DNA of 64,000 nucleotides. Origin: Octopus vulgaris (Eukaryota). A program made the translations under genes and the position numbers. This document shows positions 42,563 to 55,659 of this stretch, piece by piece; within the stretch, counting starts at the first letter, position 1, and the number at the start of each line of letters is the position of its first letter. The notes under the pieces are model-generated. The model saw only the letters and a program-made list of their open reading frames with translations, made no database searches and was not told the origin of the DNA. The stretch covers positions 112,282,001 through 112,346,000 of the forward strand of contig OX597817.1 of the NCBI GenBank assembly GCA_951406725.2, given 5' to 3'.

Positions 42563-42786
42563 AATTCAAAATGTAACCACATGTAGATTGATGGTGATTT
42601 TTTCCTCCGTCTTCCTTTTCTCTTGGACTTTCCTCTGTCTCCTGTTTCTGAAGAAGAGCTTTGCTCAAAACATAAAACTACCTTTCTTTCTTTCCTTGAG
42701 CATCTGCTAATACTTTGCATGTACTACATCCTTGCGTTGTTGTTTTTCCATGTGCTTTTTCTTCATTTTTTTTTATTTGATTAACT
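42563..42786 (+). mobile_element. Same solo pseudo-LTR family; hammerhead at 42644-42678 inactivated; nested in the microsatellite of a SINE
   Basis: gttt-CTGAAGA-agagctttgctc-AAAAC-ATA-aaac, with both CpGs of cGAAACG changed to CpA. Confidence 0.65.
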
Positions 42787-44419
42787 ATGTGTGTGTGTGT
42801 GTGTGTATGTGTGTGTGTGTGTGTGCATGCATGTGTGTGTTTGTATTCGTTCCCCACCGTTGCTTGACAACCAGTGTTGGTATGTTTTTGCCCCTGTAAC
42901 TTAGCCGTTTGGCAAAAGAGATTGATAGAAAGAGTACTGGGCTTACAAAAATAAGTCTGAGGTCAGTTTGTCTTACTAAAACCCTTCAAGGCAATGCCCC
43001 AACATGGCTGCAGTCAAATGACTGAAACAAGTGAAAGGTTAGAGGTATGAAAATTTTACTCCATTTCATCCACTGACTGTAGCAAACGAAAAAGAGAATA
43101 ACAAATTGCTGTACCTTGTTATTGATGGTCAAGACAGATCCACAGAATTATGTGGACCAGTTTGATGAAGCTAACAAGGAAAGAAAGTAGGATAAAACTG
43201 ATAAGAATTTCATAAGCTTATAGGGTTGAATACAATTCTTCTTAAGTCCTATATAAAGACAAATGTACCCATTATTTGTTTAACACAATGAGAAGTGGGT
43301 ACAAACAACAGTTTGTTATGAAGAAAAAGTCATCACAATACTTTCACTGGTAGGTGTCAAAATTTATTGGAATATATCCGAGTTTCCAAGGCTTTAAATG
43401 ATTGAATGGTAATTCTTTTATTTAATACCTGACCATTCTATTAAAATTTGCTCATTCGGCAATTTAAACATTTGAAATGGCTACTTCTAAATGTTGGAAT
43501 GCAGACAACTGCATTGGATGGATATAGTTGTAAGATTATAGTCAGAATATAAAAAAATGAAATTTGTAGTATCAGCATCAATTTGCAGTCAGAGTTCTTT
43601 AAAACTGCAAATAAAATATTCTCATATACTTAGTAGTTGATCTCTGCATTAGAGCATAAGAACAATATGAGAAGCAATATGAATTCTGTTGACACCTGCC
43701 ATGTATTTTTAATTGGATTGATCAACTTTATATTGTGACTACACTCCTATTCTGTTCTTAATATTTCCATCAAAACATACTTTCCACATAGCACTGTTGG
43801 CATTTTCACAAACACACTGAAGTGCACTAGGATAGAATAAATTAGCTCGTTTATCAAAATATGCTGTCATTATTGCCATTGTCTTCATTGTCATCACCAG
43901 TAGCAGCATTAACTCATATCTGAATAGTTAGTCTGTAGTGAGTGATCAAGTCTCTTCATTTTGATGGGTGCAAAGAGTGTTGGTGTGGTGGCTGTTCAGG
44001 CCAAGGGCAATATAGAAGTCTTTCTACCACTGTAGCAGTAAGCCACAGTAAGTGGTCACAGTAAGCCACCCAGGGAGAAAAGGTGGTATTCAATGTTTAT
44101 CCTACCTTTCAGTATATGCACTGTTAAGCAAATAACACATTCAACTTTATCTAAGTCATAGTTTGTGTATGATATAAATAGCTATAAGTTACTAATCCCT
44201 AAGGGTAGAGGATTAATAAGATTAGAAACGGATCCGATTGAACATTTTTTTTTCTCTGCTTATGAAGAAATAAACTTGTGGAGTGACCATTTTGTTTACT
44301 TATCACAGGCAGATTAAAATTGTAAATTCATAATAAATATGTATACCTTCTTTTATAAAATATACTATGTATACATGTGCATGTGTGCACCCATACTTAA
44401 AGGTACATATGTATATATA

Positions 44420-45117
44420 TCATCATCATCATCACCATCGTTTAACATCTGCTTTCCATACTGGCATCGGTTGGAAGGTTTGACTGAGGACTGGCAAGCC
44501 AGATGGCTGCATCAGGCTCCACTCTGATCTGGCAGAGTTTCTACAGCTGGATGCCCTTCCTAATGCCAACCACTCCGAGAGTGTAGTGGGTGTTTTTATG
44601 TGCCACTGCACAAGGGCCAGTCAGGCAGTACTGGCAACAGCCACGCTTGAATGGTGTTTTTATGTGCCACCTGCACAGGAGCCAGTCCAGTGGCACTGGC
44701 AACAGCCTCACTCGAATGTTGTTTTTCACATGCCATCGGCACAAGTGCCAGTAAGGCAACACTGGTAATGATCATGCTCGAATGGTGCTTTTTACATGCC
44801 ACCTGCACGGGAGCCAGTCAGTGACCCTGGCAACGATCACGCTTGGATGGTGCTCTTAATGTTCCAGTAGTATGGATGCCAGTCAGGCGATGCTGTCATT
44901 GGCCATGTCAGAGAATTAGATTTTGATTTCTCTTACCTCAACAGGTCTTCGCAAACAGAATTTAGTGTCCATTGAAAGAAAGGTATGCATAAAAAGTGTC
45001 ACACCCTAGCAGTTGAAGGAACCTGTGGAAGAGGCAGACCCAGAAAGACCTGGGATGAAGAGGTGAAACACGACCTTCGAACATTGGGCTTCACCGAGGC
45101 AATGACTAGTGACCGAG
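44420..45117. mobile_element. RTE-like 3' UTR with (CAT)n tail and internal ~60-bp tandem units (- strand), abutting an RT C-terminal fragment (+ strand)
   Basis: VEGTCGRGRPRKTWDEEVKHDL at about 45010-45075; the same tail motif recurs at about 40712 and 45803. Confidence 0.6.
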
Positions 45118-45775
45118 AAGTGTAAGGAAGTAGTGGGATGACCAAAGAAATATACTTGTTTCACTGAGATACAAATCTCACTTTGATGTTGTTTGATTAG
45201 CTTTTCTGCCCATTGAAATTGTCTGTTGATGGTTGGGCTTCCTCCTCACAGTTTGCTGGTATTAAAAAAACAATACCCTGTTATAACTCTATAACAGGGT
45301 ATGAGGCATTTTCGCCTTGCCTATTTGGCTTTGTTGATTTAACACTGACTAATCTAACATCAGACATCTTGATATTTCTCTCATTCTTTGTCTCTGTCCA
45401 TCTGTCTATCTGTTTGTATATTTGTCTGTCTGTCTGTTTGTCTCTGATTATGTGAGAGAACATATTTCCCTTCATGTGTTTGAGGAGGGAGAAGTGTTTA
45501 TACCAATTGTGTTTAACTTATAGATTGTAATCTCTCTCTCTCACCCTTTTTTTTTGTATATGTATATTTCTGCAGAAGTGTGCATGTGTGTGTGTATGTG
45601 TGTGTGTGTTTGTTTGCTTACCCCCTAGTACCAAAAAGCCTCAATAATCAATCAGCTGTGCCTAACCAGTGGTATCCAAACAGCCACACTCAATCGTCTC
45701 ATTCTGTCCATAACACAGTCTAAGTTTAGATCATTTGTACATAAATGGCAGACCAGTATTGACTCTTCACAGTTT
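45117..45775 (+). repeat. About 670-bp direct repeat, copy 1
   Basis: Near-identical to 48695-49385; duplicate ORF-track peptides at 45213 and 48797. Confidence 0.9.
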
Positions 45776-45912
45776 CTGTGTGAAAGTATATATATATATA
45801 TATCATCATCATCTTCATCATTTAACATCCATCGTCCGTGCTGCCATGGGTTGGATGCAGGGACAATGAATGTTAAATGATGATGATGATAATATATATG
45901 TGTGAATATATC

Positions 45913-45964
<52 letters not shown>

Positions 45965-46487
45965 ATACATACATATATGAATATATATATGCAAGTATAT
46001 GAATGAAATAAAGACTTGTTGAAAGAAATAAGAATGTAAATACATTCCTTATATACTTCTGGTATCCAGAAAAATGTGGAGGAGCTTTCTGATAGGCTGT
46101 TTCGTGCTATGCTAACTGCTCTTCAGAAGAGACTTAGTTTTCTTCCCCAATCAACAGTGTAGAATGTTCAACTGTTTTATATACCAGTCATAAATAATAT
46201 TTGTTACCCCTAAGCTTACAGATCATTATTTCTAGTCTATGTTGAGATTCAGTTGTTGACAGATTGCCTTTAGTTGATTAAATCATTAATATCATTTTAA
46301 TTAGGATTTATTTCTGAGTGTGAGCAAATATAAGCACTTGCAAGATTTAAACACAAAGTCAAGAATTATGGAAGAGCACTATATTTCAGTTTGACCAGTC
46401 TGGTGGTGTTGTGAGAATGTCTGATGCATCTGATATTGTTATTGCACAGAATCTCATGGAAAATCATATTTTCTTTAATATTTTCAG

Positions 46488-46629
46488 GTTTCAATTCTAC
46501 GTGAAATAACTGCTATGACAACTGGTATTATGTATCAACCAAAATTGCCACTCAATTCTCCAGGCATACCAGTAGTTTCAAATAATTTCCCATTTGACCT
46601 TCCAGCTATATTCGACATCTCTACAGATG
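46488..46629 (+). CDS. PKD1: Polycystin-1-like exon I (VSILREIT...FDISTD), phase 0 to 1
   Basis: ttttcag|gtt acceptor and gatg|gtaggt donor; open frame, phase-compatible; not in ORF track. Confidence 0.78.
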
Positions 46630-46812
46630 GTAGGTATGGAGATAAGACATTTTATTAGTATGGAAATTATAATAATACAATCTTGTATTTTCATTAAAAG
46701 TAAACTGCTAAACTTTAGAAAACATGATAGTGTATTAACATAGAAAAAATTAACTGGACATATCTCTCTCTCACACACAAATACATACAGGCACAACCAA
46801 CCACATATATGT

Positions 46813-46856
<44 letters not shown>

Positions 46857-47181
46857 TGCTTTGTCTACTGGAAAGAGCCATGTCAATGGATTTAGCAGGC
46901 CTTCAGTGGACATTGTGACTGAAGAAGTTCATGTTCCTCTTGATTAAACAAGTAGAAAACATATTTGTTGAAACAAACATGAAATTAATTAATTCATTCA
47001 TGTGCGCATGTGTGTATGTGCATGCATGTGTGTGTGCGTGCATGTGTGTGCATGTGTTTGTGTGTGTGTGTGTGTGTGCGTGCGTGCGTGTGTGTGTGCG
47101 TGTGTGCGTGCGCATGCGTGTGTGTGTGTGTGTAAGTATTTTCCTCAATTTTAATCCCTGTCATTATTTTCTCATTTAAAG

Positions 47182-47282
47182 GAACCGTTGAAAATTACAC
47201 AGTAACAGTAACAAATACAGATAATGGTGATACAACTATTTATTTTAATTCTTCATCACCTGTCACTTTTAATTGGTCAGAT
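47182..47282 (+). CDS. PKD1: Polycystin-1-like exon J (GTVENYTV...FNWSD), phase 1 to 0
   Basis: tttaaag|ga acceptor and gat|gtaagt donor; joins to PGNYDITI of the next exon to form a PKD strand pattern. Confidence 0.8.
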
Positions 47283-48694
47283 GTAAGTTGTTTGATTATT
47301 AAATATTGCACAAGTTATTATATTGTAAAGATTTTCTCTCAAGATGAATTACTTACAAAAAAAAAAATACTCTGCACTAAGTCTCTTCTATATCTTTTGA
47401 TTGAGAATGAAGATTATTATAATCTAACAAAATGCTCAAAAGTTATTCACTGCTTCTAATGTCTATTTTTAGCCAGATTATATAAGCAATGAACATCAAG
47501 TATGTTTAGCAAGGATACAGCAAAGTTTTGATATTATTTGATTGATAGTCTGATATCCTAAAATCTTTGTGAGCAAGTGTTTTTTTGTAAAGTGTGCATT
47601 ATATATTACTATACAAAGGGTGATATATTGGTTATTAACTATAGAGTGACTATGAGTTACTCTATAAAGGATAAATTATAATTGATGTATTAGCATGTGA
47701 AGAGAGATGAAGAAGGTCAATATAGAAAATATAGAAAAAAATAATATACTCATGTATATTGACTTCAAATTTTGGCATAAGGCCAGTGAGTTCGGGAACT
47801 AAGTCGATTATACTGACCCCAGTACTCAACTGGTACTTATTTTAACAACCCTGAAAGGGATGAAATGCAAAGTTGATCTGGGCAGAATTTGAACTCAAAA
47901 TGTGAAGATGGATGAAATGCTGCTAAGCGTTTTGCCCATCGTTATAACGATTCTGCCAGCTTGCTGCCTTTGAATATACTCATGTGCATTAAAAGATCAT
48001 TTAAGTGGGCAACTTTGGTTGGAAACTTTTACGCCAGACATGGACAAAAGCTTTTCTAAAATCAAAGGCAGTGGTGTCAATTTTGTCAAATTTCTCAAAG
48101 GCATGAAACTATTGATGTATGACATTGGTGATGAAATCTGGTTCTATGGAAATTGTACTGGTGGCCACTGAAGAATAAAAAAAAAAAAATCAAGGTTATA
48201 AAATTAGGTAATTGTATTTGACTGTTTCATCACATTTGAAATTTTGGGAGTGTGGGTGATGGTGCAGCCAGTGACTGAGAGAGACTTTTCTTAAAAATGA
48301 CAAAGACAGAAGTTAACTCAGGGTATGCTACTTTAAGATGATAGAAGAGTAATTAGTGATGTATATGTAACAGCAAAACAAGTGATATACAGGCTGTTGG
48401 TTAATAAATAATGATTTGACTACTGTGTAATGATTGAGAGATACAAGCTACTGGGCATGGAGGGAGATATAGGTTATTTATTGTTATATGTGGTGAATAT
48501 TCATGTCAAATGATTCTTTAACAACATGTCTTCAATGGCAACAAAAATGCTAAAAGAAGAATACTAAAATTATTTTCAGTCTCGACTTGCACTAAACTCA
48601 GGTTATGGTGATGGAAAACTTAATTGAGTGGCCAGCCTCATTCTCTCAACCTTGAATTTCTGATCCAGTGGCAAGGCATAGACAAAATGACTAG

Positions 48695-49199
48695 AAGTAT
48701 AGAGAAGTAGTGGGATGACCAAAGAAATGTACTTGTTTCACTGAGATACAAATCTCACTTTAATGTTGTTTGATTAGCTTTTCTGCCCATTGAAATTTGT
48801 CTGTTGATGGTTGGGCTTCCTCCTCACAGTTTGCTGGTATTAAAAAAACAATACCCTGTTATAACTCTATAACAGGGTATGAAGCATTTTCGCCTTGCCT
48901 ATTTGGCTTTGTTGATTTAACACTGACTAATCTAACATCAGACATCTTGATATTTCTCTCATTCGTTGTCTCTGTCCATCTGTCTATCTGTTTGTATATT
49001 TGTCTGTCTGTCTGTTTGTCTCTGATTATGTGAGAGAACATATTTCCCTTCATGTGTTTGAGGAGGGAGAAATGTTTATACCAATTGTGTTTAACTTATA
49101 GATTGTAATCTCTCTCTCTCTCTCTCTCTCTCTCCCTTTATTTTTTGTATATGTATATTTCTGCAGAAGTGTGCATGTGTGTATGCATGTGTGTGTGTA

Positions 49200-49230
<31 letters not shown>

Positions 49231-49385
49231 ACCCCCTAGTACCAAAAAGCCTCAATAATCAATCAGCTGTGCCTAACCAGTGGTGTCCAAACAGCCACAC
49301 TCAATCGTCTCATTCTGTCCATAACACGGTCTAAGTTTAGATCATTTGTACATAAATGGCAGACCAATACTGACTCTTCATAGTT
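48695..49385 (+). repeat. About 670-bp direct repeat, copy 2
   Basis: Near-identical to 45117-45775. Confidence 0.9.
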
Positions 49386-49585
49386 TATTTTCAAATAAGA
49401 TTAGAAGAATGCAATTTTCATATCTTCAAGAGCCTATGAAATATTTATCAACATAGGCACAGTGTAGCTGTGTGGTAAGAACCTTGCTTCCCAACTACAT
49501 GGTTCTGGATTCAGCCCCACTGCTTGTCACCTTTGGCAAGTCTCCTTGTACGTGGATTTGGTAGATGGAAGCTGAAAGAAGCCTG

Positions 49586-49661
<76 letters not shown>

Positions 49662-50150
49662 ATATTTGTGTGTGCCTGTTTGTTTCTCTACCATCACTTG
49701 GTGTGTTTACATCCTCATAACATAGCAGTTCAGCAAAAGAGACCAATATAAAATAAATAGTGGACTTACAAAGAATAAGTCCTGGGGTCGATTTGTTTGA
49801 CTAAAGGCAGTGCTCCAGCATGGCTGTAGTCAAATGACTGAAACAAGTAAAAGAGTAAAAGAGTATACTGAAATAATAAGGTGGTATGACTAGTAATCTA
49901 AGCAACATAAATGTTAGGAAAAGGCTAATTTTTTTGTTGAACAACTAAAATTGTTCATCCTCAAAATTAATAATGAAATTGAAAACAACTGGCAATGAGA
50001 AGCTCTGAGGAACACTGACCAACTAAATTTAATTAAATGACTTTGGTTTATCAATTAGTGCTTTCAGACATTGACTGCTTCATATTTTGTTTTAAGTTAA
50101 GAAATATCATATTTGTCAATAATTCAATAACATAATTTTCTTTTTTGTAG

Positions 50151-51035
50151 CCTGGAAACTATGATATAACTATCTCTGCTAAAAACTTTTATTCATCCCA
50201 AGATAAAACAATTCAAATTGCTGTTGCTGACAGCCTTACCGGTTTGATACTGAGTGTACCCAAACAGAATAAAGTAGATAATGAAACTACTATACAAGTT
50301 AGTCTACCAACCATTTCAAGCTCAACATGTTTAGTTCTTGATCTAGGTGATGAAACACCTGCTTATGTATATGGTGCTTCTGTAGCATGTCCGGAAGAAT
50401 ATAAAACTATGGCCAAGGATTCTGTTCTAAACGAAATGTCTTGGACCCACAACTTCGCTACACCAGGAACTTACAAAGTCAGTGTTCTTGCTGCAGACAT
50501 CTTTGGAAATTTCACTTCTGAGAAATTAATTGTCATTTCTGATGTGCAATGTGAACCTCCACATATAGTTATACGAGAAGTTAGTTATAACTTTATGGAA
50601 CCTTTAGTAGTTAAAAGAAATAAATTGGTACGATTCCTGACAAAGACGACAATAAGTTGCAAACACACTTTGAAGAATATCAAGTTATGGTCTATAATAC
50701 CTGCAGATCCTAACAGTGGAGAAGAGATAGGTGAACCAGTTACTCTGCTTGACAATCCTTCAATAAACTTTGCAGAATTGGCAATAGAACCAAGTATATT
50801 AGAAACAGGATTTTATAAAGTAATTTATAATGTAAAAATGGACCCAACTGAATTTCCAAATCAGGAAGTCTTTCAGACAAAGGTTTCCACATATTTGAAG
50901 ATAATAAGTTCTGACCTAGTTATTATGATTGAAAATGGTGGAGCATCAGAAAGATTGTGGGGTATCAATACAATATTAACACTTTCACCAGAAAAATATT
51001 CTTATGATCCAGATGTTCCAAGAGATGGCAATCAG
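50151..51035 (+). CDS. PKD1: Polycystin-1-like exon K: last PKD repeats and start of REJ module, phase 0 to 0
   Basis: ttttgtag|cct acceptor and cag|gtaaga donor; DLGD...HNFATPGTYKV, then CEPPHIVI...LETGFYKVIY...SYDPD typical of REJ. Confidence 0.92.
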
Positions 51036-51233
51036 GTAAGATTATAGCTTCTTCACAGATATCAGAATTATTTCCTGTCATTGTCTAATTTGTCCTAAAA
51101 TTATTGGCATACTAGACTGCCATCAGTGTATTTCTGTTTCTGCAACGGAGAATTGTTTAGAGATATTACTGAATGGATGCTAGTTGTCTAACAGACAAAA
51201 GAGTATCTTTTTTTATGTATCTATTTTCTGATG

Positions 51234-51430
51234 ATCTATTTTAATACAGTTCTATATTTAAGAGATGAGGAATTATGTAAATTATTTACATTATTTACAT
51301 TCAATGGATATTTGTCCGCATCTTGTTTGTTGTTAACATGTTTCAGCTGATATACCCTCCAGACTTCTTCAGGTGACTTGGGGAAATTTTGAACCTGGGT
51401 TCTCATTCCTAAGGTATTTTTTCGATGTTG

Positions 51431-51495
<65 letters not shown>

Positions 51496-51516
51496 GTTCA
51501 GGTCAGTGACCCAAAC

Positions 51517-51562
<46 letters not shown>

Positions 51563-51758
51563 GTAATAACATCGAAATAATACCTTAGGAATGAGAACCC
51601 AGGTTAAAAATTTCCCCAAGATACCTGAAGAAGGCTAGAGCGTATATCAGCCAAAACATGTTAACAACAAACAAGATGAGGACAAATATTCGTTGAGTGT
51701 AAATAATGTACATATTTCCTCATTTCTTAAATATAGAACTGTATTATCTATTTTAATA
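51234..51758. mobile_element. Second copy of the fold-back hammerhead element (tRNA head lost), with candidate 13-bp target-site duplication
   Basis: Arms 51242-51500 and 51510-51746 are inverted; same body as the 9.2-kb copy; atctattttaata at 51234-51246 and 51746-51758; hammerhead cores decayed. Confidence 0.8.
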
Positions 51759-52439
51759 TTGATTTCTACAATAGATGTAATTTCTTTTGCAAAATGAGGT
51801 GCTTAACCAGTAATTATTTTTATTAAGCCCTGAAAGGATGAAATGCACCATTAAATTCAGTGTAATTTGAACTCAGTGAATAACAAGGATGTAACTAAAT
51901 ACTATAAAATTCTTTTGTATGATGCTCTACCAATCCTCCCCATCCACTACCCTTTTTGCCACAATAGCATTAATATTTCTAATGTCTAAATGGTGAATTT
52001 TATATATTAATGATAATTGAATTAAGCATTCGTTAATTTCTTGGTATTCAAATAATACAAATGCATTAAAAATAAATGTCTTGGAAGAAGTGATTGGGTG
52101 ATGGAATAAGAGACGTTTTTTGGGTTATTGGGTAGGGGCAAAAAAATGAGATTTTCTTTAATAGCTTTTCAGAGGAGAAAAGGATAGTACACATAAGCTT
52201 TTGTGCCTTGCAAGGAAAGAGTTTTTCTAGAGACAAAGATCTAGTCTAAAAGCTTACAATAGAACAAACCCTGTTATAGGTGCCCAATGGCCATACTAGG
52301 TTGTAGTGTTAAATCTGAATCCACAAGCTGATTTCTTAGTTGTGGGAATTCCCTTTCACTTACCACCACTAATGTTTTTACAAAAAGCATGAAACTCATA
52401 TTAACTCATACATTTCATACAACTTTATACAGGATAAAT

Positions 52440-53095
52440 CACTCTTCTTGTCTTGAGACAGCATTCACCCGGGTGGGTTAAGCTGGCTTCATTCATCCTC
52501 AATGCTGCATCTCTCACAAACACCGACCAGGCCTGGCGATTTGAGGCTAACGACCGCATGATCTCCAACCATTCCAGCAGCAAACACCGTAGGTATAGGG
52601 ACCTAGGTTGGGTTCCAGATCAGCCTTGACTGTCATCAGCCAGGTTTTTTTGTTGTCCACTACATCGTTTTTGCCAATTCTGAAGGGGAGCTGGGGCAAT
52701 TGCTTCGTAGATGAATTCTCCTGGTTGACAACAGAGGGCATGAGCCAGGCAATGCAGATGTCTAGTTAGGATGACTTGTCAAAGGGAGGTGATTTTGCAC
52801 TGGTGTCGCACCGAATTGTTGGAGACAAAGTGATGCCATTGGACACAAAGAATGCAGCGTAGACAGAGGTGATCGAAGGATTCTAGTCGCTTAATATCTT
52901 CCACCCTTATCGGCCATGACCCGCTGCCGTAGAGGAGAATTGTTCAAACTAGTGCTTGGTAGATCCGTACTTTGGTGGTGCGTTAGATCTCAGATCTTGA
53001 CCAGAGTTGTGCATTGAGTTGGCTGAAGGCTTGGTGAGCGTGGTCGATTCGTGTTTTAATGTCAGCCTTACCTTGACCTGTAGCTGTAATGATGG
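52440..53095 (-). mobile_element. RTE-like LINE RT C-terminal fragment
   Basis: TTKVRIYQALV.TILLYGSGSW...LESFDHLCLRCIL on the minus strand. Confidence 0.72.
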
Positions 53096-54607
53096 TGCCA
53101 AGGTATTTGAAACTCTCAACCTCTTTAAGAATATAACCATTGAGAACAAGGGATGTTTTGTCTGGTGGGGTGATAAATCACTACCTTAATCACAATTTAA
53201 TCATTCAAGTTATTCTGTCAAATGTAATGCTTATTTATTCATGTTGCTTTGAATTAATCATTCATTTTCTCATAGCTTCTTGATTTTGAAGATGTGATTA
53301 TGTATTTTTAGAATGAAACTGTAGGGTAAGGTATGAGAGGCCAGATCTGGCTGGTCTGAACATAAAACAGATAGAATATTTGACCGAATATGGCTGGCTT
53401 AAATGTTGATGGGTTAAACCCAAATTTTAACTATGGCTAAAATGGGTTTTAAATTTTTTAAAGTGAAGCTGAAATTGGTAATTTGTATTTTGATAGTTAT
53501 GGTAATGTTTTTCATTCGACAAACACTAACACTCTGTTGGTTATGACAATGAGGGTTACAGTTGATTTGATCAAAGGAACATTCTGCTCATGAAATTAAC
53601 ATGCAGCTGGCTGAGCACTCCACAGTTAACACAGTTCTCAGAGGGATTCAGCATAACACAGAATACGACAAAGCTAGCCCTTTGAAATACGGGTACTTCT
53701 CATTTTTGCCAGCTGAAAGGACTGGAATGACATGAAATAAAGCGGCTTGCTCAAGGACACAGTTTGCTGCCAGGTATCAAACTCACAATCTAACAATCGT
53801 GAGCCAAATGCCTTAACCTCTAAGATACATGCCTTCACTTTGATAGACAAATATGGTGTTAATTAATTTTACTTTTATTTATTTCATTACTTGATTATTA
53901 CTGTCAGACCATGTTACATCCTTGCATCCTATTTATTGATGTTGACTCTGATTAAAACAGAAAACAGAATCATTATTTAATGGTCAGTGTGTTGTAATTA
54001 AATGGAAAATTGCTGAATAAATATAACTCTACCATATTACACTGATATTGGTTTTAACATGCTGAGTGATTAGGGAGTTTTCTTCTCAACCACATGGTTT
54101 CTGGTTCAGTCCTACAATATGACACCTTGGGCAAGCATCTTTTATTATACCCTGGGCTGACCAAACCATTGGAAGTAGATTTGGTAGACAGAAACAAAAA
54201 GATGCCCATCATTTATATATATATATAAATATAAATGTGTGTATGTGTGTGTGTGTTTGAACTTCCTTGTCTCCACATAGTATATGATAATCATTAACCA
54301 GCATCACTATAATACAAGTGGTGCCCTTCATTTCCAATCTTCTGTGTAAACATGTCTCACCATAAGGAAATACTACCTAACTTGAAAACAGGAGGAGGTT
54401 GGCAACAGGAAGGGCACCTGGCTATGGAAAATCTGCTTCAGCAAATTCTTTGTGACCCATGTAAGCATGGAAAAAGGGAAATTTAAAAAATGAGATGATG
54501 TCCAATCAAATCCAACCTTACGCCCCAACACCTACACCCAAATATACAAAAATATTTTTTAAAAATGGTATTTCTCTTTGTTCTAAGATCTATAAATTTT
54601 TTTTCAG

Positions 54608-54897
54608 GGATTTACAAATTTCATATGGTATTGTAGTGGATACAAACAGAAATATGAAATTACTGAAGATGAAGGGACTGTTGGCCCTCCAAGTTTGTCT
54701 TCTGATAAAGGTGGATGTTTTGGTAATGGTCCTGGAAAACTTAGCTTTACTGCAGGAAGCATATCGTTTAATACTCAATGGATGAAAATAAATGAATCAT
54801 ATGACTTCTTAGTGATAGCTGAAAAAGGAGACAGGAAAGCAAATGCTACACTACGAGTGAAAATAGTGGATGGGATACCAGGTTTGGCAATGATTGA
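54608..54897 (+). CDS. PKD1: Polycystin-1-like exon L (REJ: FIWYC...GGCFGNGPG...KGDR), phase 0 to 2
   Basis: ttttcag|gga acceptor and ga|gtgagt donor; REJ motifs. Confidence 0.88.
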
Positions 54898-55289
54898 GTG
54901 AGTACATTTCTTTTTCTTCTCTTGTCTAGTAAGTCTTCCTCTTTGCTTTAGTGATTGCCACGTTAAGATCATGTCGAGCTAAAATTCATACAGAAATAAC
55001 AGTTACTGTCATATTGCACAGTTATACCTTAATGTATATGTATATACTATAAATGAAGTTTTTTACTTGTTTCAAACTATTTGACTCTGGACATGCTGGG
55101 GCACTGCCTTGAAGGGTTTTATTCAAATGAATCATCCCCAGTACTTATCTCTTTTTAAGGCTTTTTCTATTAGCCTCTAATGCTAAACTACTAAGTTACA
55201 GGAATGTAATCAAACCAACACTGGTTGTCACACAGGGGTGGGAAACAAGCACATACACAAAGGCATATATGTATATATATTTCCTTCCG

Positions 55290-55506
55290 ATCTTTCAAAA
55301 TGTGACCGTGTGTGTACCGTTGGCGATTTTTTTTTCCACTGTCTTCCCTTCTCTGGATCTTTCCTTCTCCTATGTTTCTGATGAAGAGCTCCACTCGAAA
55401 CGTTAAACCCTCCTTCTTTCCTTCTTTCCTGAGCGTCCAATAATACTATATTTGTTCCACGTCCTCACGTTGTGTTTTTTTGTGCTTTCTTGTTTGGATT
55501 AACTTT
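55290..55506 (+). mobile_element. About 215-bp solo pseudo-LTR-like element with intact minimal hammerhead at 55374-55408
   Basis: gttt-CTGATGA-agag ctcca ctc-GAAAC-GTT-aaac; embedded in TA/TG microsatellite; homologous to 42563-42786. Confidence 0.72.
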
Positions 55507-55561
55507 ATATATATATAAATATATGTGTGTGTGTATATATACATATATATATACATATATG

Positions 55562-55656
<95 letters not shown>

Positions 55657-55659
<3 letters not shown>

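Noticed and set aside
46086-46131. Minus-strand hammerhead-like CTGAAGA...GAAAC
   Set aside because: Stems I-III pair poorly; at best a decayed copy. Weak candidates near 12485-12520(-) and 29099-29127(+) were set aside for the same reason
45117-49385. LTR pair of a retrotransposon
   Set aside because: No TG...CA ends, primer-binding site or gag/pol seen, and the interior holds host exons
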